64,000 nucleotides of DNA. Source: Carpediemonas membranifera BICM (taxonomy: Eukaryota > Protista > Fornicata). Below the pieces are notes generated by a model, which worked only from the letters and a program-made list of their open reading frames with translations, ran no database searches and was not told the DNA's origin. The position numbers were made by a program, and so were the translations under genes. The stretch covers positions 248,001 to 312,000 of the forward strand of contig JAHDYR010000004.1 of the NCBI GenBank assembly GCA_019828565.1, read 5' to 3'. This document shows positions 61,242 to 64,000 of the stretch, in pieces. The stretch's first letter is position 1. Every line of letters begins with the position of its first letter.

Positions 61242-63158
61242 TCACACGGCCAGCAGCCGACCGGTCTTGCGTCTAAAGCCCCACACTTCAATGGACGCCA
61301 CTGCGAACTCGCCATGGGTTCTGTCAGTGTCGATCACGGTGTGGCTGAGGCATGGCGAGCCGAATGTCGGGCATTGATTTGACTCCCCCTTCACCAAATC
61401 AGACGTTAAATGAATTGCCGCCCCTAATCCTGGCCCGCCCCCGCCGATTGCGAGGATGTCGTTACAGCAGAGTTGGAACGAGTTGTTGGCGCCCGACCAT
61501 GGGAAGAGCGTGCACTGCTTTCCCTTGGCCCTGAACACGAAGCTCTCGCCGGTCCCGTAGTACGTGCGGTGCTGGTGCGGTCTCCACTCGCTCGTGACGA
61601 AGGCGCCGATGACCCCGCCGAGCTCGGTCTCAATGCACAGGACAGTGGCGTCGAACCCCTCACAGTTGCGGTAAAGCGTGGCGAGTGACCGCCCGTGCGT
61701 CTGGTCTGAATAGAGCAGGTTAGCCGGTGCCGCCGTAAACACCCTGGGAGCGGCGTTCAGCACCGTCTGGAAGGCTGTAGACGTCATGATGGCCGGCCGG
61801 TTCGGCGTCATCGGCACCGATGGGGCTGGGCCGAGCGAGGGTATGGTCTGCTCCACGTTGTGCTCGAGCACCACAGTGGTTGCGTCGTTGTCGACCGGGG
61901 CAAACACGGGTGTCAGCTTCTCCTTCCCACGACGGTCGCGGATCTCGGCCGGGTGCCGTCCGATCGCTAGCACCGCGCCAGCCCTGCCCCGCGGACTCAA
62001 ACCACCCTCCCGAAGCGTCGCAGCAGACGCCCGCATCCGAATTCCAGCCTCCTCATCAGATGATGCGAACGAGTCGACCGTCACGTCCGAGGGATAGTCG
62101 TATCGCGTGCCCTCCTTCTTTCTCGGTGCGACGGGCGGTAGCTGGTAGTGTGACCGCACCTGCTGCAGCCCGTCCCTGCTCCGCGCCAGCTCCCCCGCCA
62201 GCGCCGTCCGGTCGTCATCGGCGACGGGTATCGGTTGGTGCAGGTTAGCGCGGTCGAAGAGGGAGATGACGGTCTCGTCGGCCGAGGGCGGACTGACCCC
62301 GTCAGCTGGCGGGATTAGGGCCCTGCCTGCCCGGCGACGCTGCTCTATCAGCTGGCGGTCGTACCGCTTGGAGGCGACGACGGTGGCTATGAGGGCGCTA
62401 TACAGCCCCAGAAGCAGCGCCGCGTCCGCCATGAAGTAAGCGTGACCCCGAATGACTTTCTTCTTCTTCGCTGCCATGTCTCTGGTCCTAAAGCTCAGCA
62501 GCAGATAGTGTCGGGGCAGCAGCGGCTGGTGCTCTACGACGCCGGCCCCAGACCAGGCTCTGTCGCGGACGTAGTCGAGAGAGTGGCGGGAGGCCGTGCG
62601 GTGGATGGGAAAGGCCTGCTGCTTCTCGAGGGATCGTCGGCGGTGGTACCGAGCAGCGATGGACTTGCTCACACTCTCGAGCTCCTCCATCTTGCTTGCC
62701 CTGCTGTTGAAGGGGAGGTGCGTCGTCAAGGCGCTGTGCCGTATGCGAGAGGGCTTGATGCTCACAGTGTACTTGAAGTGACCTTGACCGGAGCATGACG
62801 CTAGATCCTCTGCAATCACGTAGCTGTCATCGTCTGCGGGCTCGAACTGGAGCACGTAGTGGAGCAAACTGAGCGTTCCCCTGATTTTCTTCATGCCGAG
62901 ACAGTAGAAGCAGGGAATTTGAACAATGGCCGTTGTTTGAGTTTCTACTATAGTTTCCAGCGTGCTTCCCGATGTTTGGGCGCCATGCATTTCTTGGTAA
63001 GTCTGGCACGCTGTGTTTGTCGGTCGTTGATGGTCAAAGTTCGCATCGGATCTTTTGAGTGAATCGGGCCGGGTCCGTCTGGCTCCCCTCTCTGCCCAGC
63101 CCGACCCCTTTCTACAAAGAGCAAGAGTCAAGGCGGGTCTTGGTGTGATTCTCTCCAT
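61242..63158 (-). CDS. TLDc-domain protein (OXR1/NCOA7-like)
   Basis: LLYS...HGRSLATLY, GGVIGAF...W, YYGTGESFVF, WSGANN.F, LAIGGG, G.S..CPTFGSPCL, IEVWGF. Start uncertain. Confidence 0.88.
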   Translation of the reverse strand: MERITPRPALTLALCRKGSGWAERGARRTRPDSLKRSDANFDHQRPTNTACQTYQEMHGAQTSGSTLETIVETQTTAIVQIPCFYCLGMKKIRGTLSLLHYVLQFEPADDDSYVIAEDLASCSGQGHFKYTVSIKPSRIRHSALTTHLPFNSRASKMEELESVSKSIAARYHRRRSLEKQQAFPIHRTASRHSLDYVRDRAWSGAGVVEHQPLLPRHYLLLSFRTRDMAAKKKKVIRGHAYFMADAALLLGLYSALIATVVASKRYDRQLIEQRRRAGRALIPPADGVSPPSADETVISLFDRANLHQPIPVADDDRTALAGELARSRDGLQQVRSHYQLPPVAPRKKEGTRYDYPSDVTVDSFASSDEEAGIRMRASAATLREGGLSPRGRAGAVLAIGRHPAEIRDRRGKEKLTPVFAPVDNDATTVVLEHNVEQTIPSLGPAPSVPMTPNRPAIMTSTAFQTVLNAAPRVFTAAPANLLYSDQTHGRSLATLYRNCEGFDATVLCIETELGGVIGAFVTSEWRPHQHRTYYGTGESFVFRAKGKQCTLFPWSGANNSFQLCCNDILAIGGGGPGLGAAIHLTSDLVKGESNQCPTFGSPCLSHTVIDTDRTHGEFAVASIEVWGFRRKTGRLLAV

Positions 63159-63234
63159 GCACCCTTAACCCACAAAGTGACGCGCCCAACAACAGCACCC
63201 ACCGTATCGAACCACTAAGCCCCACACCATTTAC

Positions 63235-64000
63235 TCAGATATGCCTCGGCTTGCCCACCCAGACATCCTCCTCCTTCGGCTTCTCGGGGCGCCTGGCCTC
63301 CTCCGTCTTCGGAGCCGCACTTCTACCACCCACAACGCCGCCGTTGATAGTCCTTGCCTTGCCCGAGAACCAGGCGTCCTCGTCGTCCTTGCGCTGGGCC
63401 GTGCCACCGTTGATGAGGTGCACTCCCCTGATTTTGCTGCTACTGCTACCATTGCCGTTACCGTTACCAATCTTGGCGGCAGGCTTCTTCCCGAACGATA
63501 TGGTATGCGTCGCGGTGCCGCTGCTTGCTCCCGAGGCGGCTGGGGTGATGACGGGCTCGGGCGTCGGCTCAACATACCCTACTGGGGCGGCAAAGTCCAC
63601 AGAGAGGTCGGTGTCGATGATGCAGCCTGCGTTGATGTCGTCGACGCCGGCCTTGAGCTCCAGGATGCGGAGGTCGTAGCTCTTGTTGTTGTAGTGGATG
63701 CGGATGATCTCGTTCTTAGTGAGACACGAGAACTTCACCAAGTGGTACTCTAGCACCGCTCTATGGTCTGTGATGTCCAGGAACGACGTGTCTTGGGCCT
63801 GAAGCTTGGCGAACGTCGCCTTGCGGAGGCTCACATACCGCAACTTCACCAGATCCATCGACCGGAGCCCGAGGTTGTCCATGAGCCAATATGGCATGAT
63901 ACAGGCCCCTTCCTGCGCACTGAACTCGAGGACTCCGACATGTGTGGTGGCATGGGTGAGGACGTTGGACACTTCGAAGATGAAGGGGAAGTCGTAGTTC
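63235..64000 (-). CDS. UFD1: Ubiquitin fusion degradation protein Ufd1, 5' end outside window
   Basis: FPFIFEV...THVGVLEFSAQEG.C.MPYWLM..L.L, KLQ.Q...FLDITD.RAVLE..L..FSCLT, IIDTDL.VDFA.P.GY, F.GK.RTING. Confidence 0.92.
   Translation of the reverse strand, partial: NYDFPFIFEVSNVLTHATTHVGVLEFSAQEGACIMPYWLMDNLGLRSMDLVKLRYVSLRKATFAKLQAQDTSFLDITDHRAVLEYHLVKFSCLTKNEIIRIHYNNKSYDLRILELKAGVDDINAGCIIDTDLSVDFAAPVGYVEPTPEPVITPAASGASSGTATHTISFGKKPAAKIGNGNGNGSSSSKIRGVHLINGGTAQRKDDEDAWFSGKARTINGGVVGGRSAAPKTEEARRPEKPKEEDVWVGKPRHI

Overview
Gene-dense, GC-rich eukaryotic (protist) DNA with very short spliceosomal introns: GT[ACGT]CGY donors and a branch point fused to the acceptor (CTAAC/TTTAC/CTCAC-RCAG, often 28 nt). 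The style resembles a free-living metamonad such as Carpediemonas (inference only). Housekeeping genes include p24, Get1, TMEM62, eIF2B-gamma, NF-YA, a P5B-ATPase, DERA, a GT21 glucosyltransferase, PITP, a TLDc protein and Ufd1. They are interleaved with an unusual amount of recent duplication. (1) Three paralogues of a WD40-propeller / novel 'PRSF' repeat / ankyrin / TKL-kinase gene: the propellers vary mainly at predicted top-face residues and are mosaics of one another, suggesting a diversifying, non-NLR recognition-receptor family. (2) Two divergent, N-terminally truncated Fanzor/TnpB-like RuvC-zinc-finger ORFs, with a hairpin-rich 3' region and a perfect 26-bp inverted match. (3) A tandem [degenerate UDP-galactopyranose mutase + DUF707 glycosyltransferase-like] x2 fusion. 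(4) An inverted, identical pair of GH25 lysozymes around PITP. (5) A large receptor with two bacterial-like Venus-flytrap domains, Cys-rich repeats and a multi-pass membrane domain. No rRNA, tRNA or CRISPR was recognised. All family calls come from motif recognition by eye; no database searches were run.
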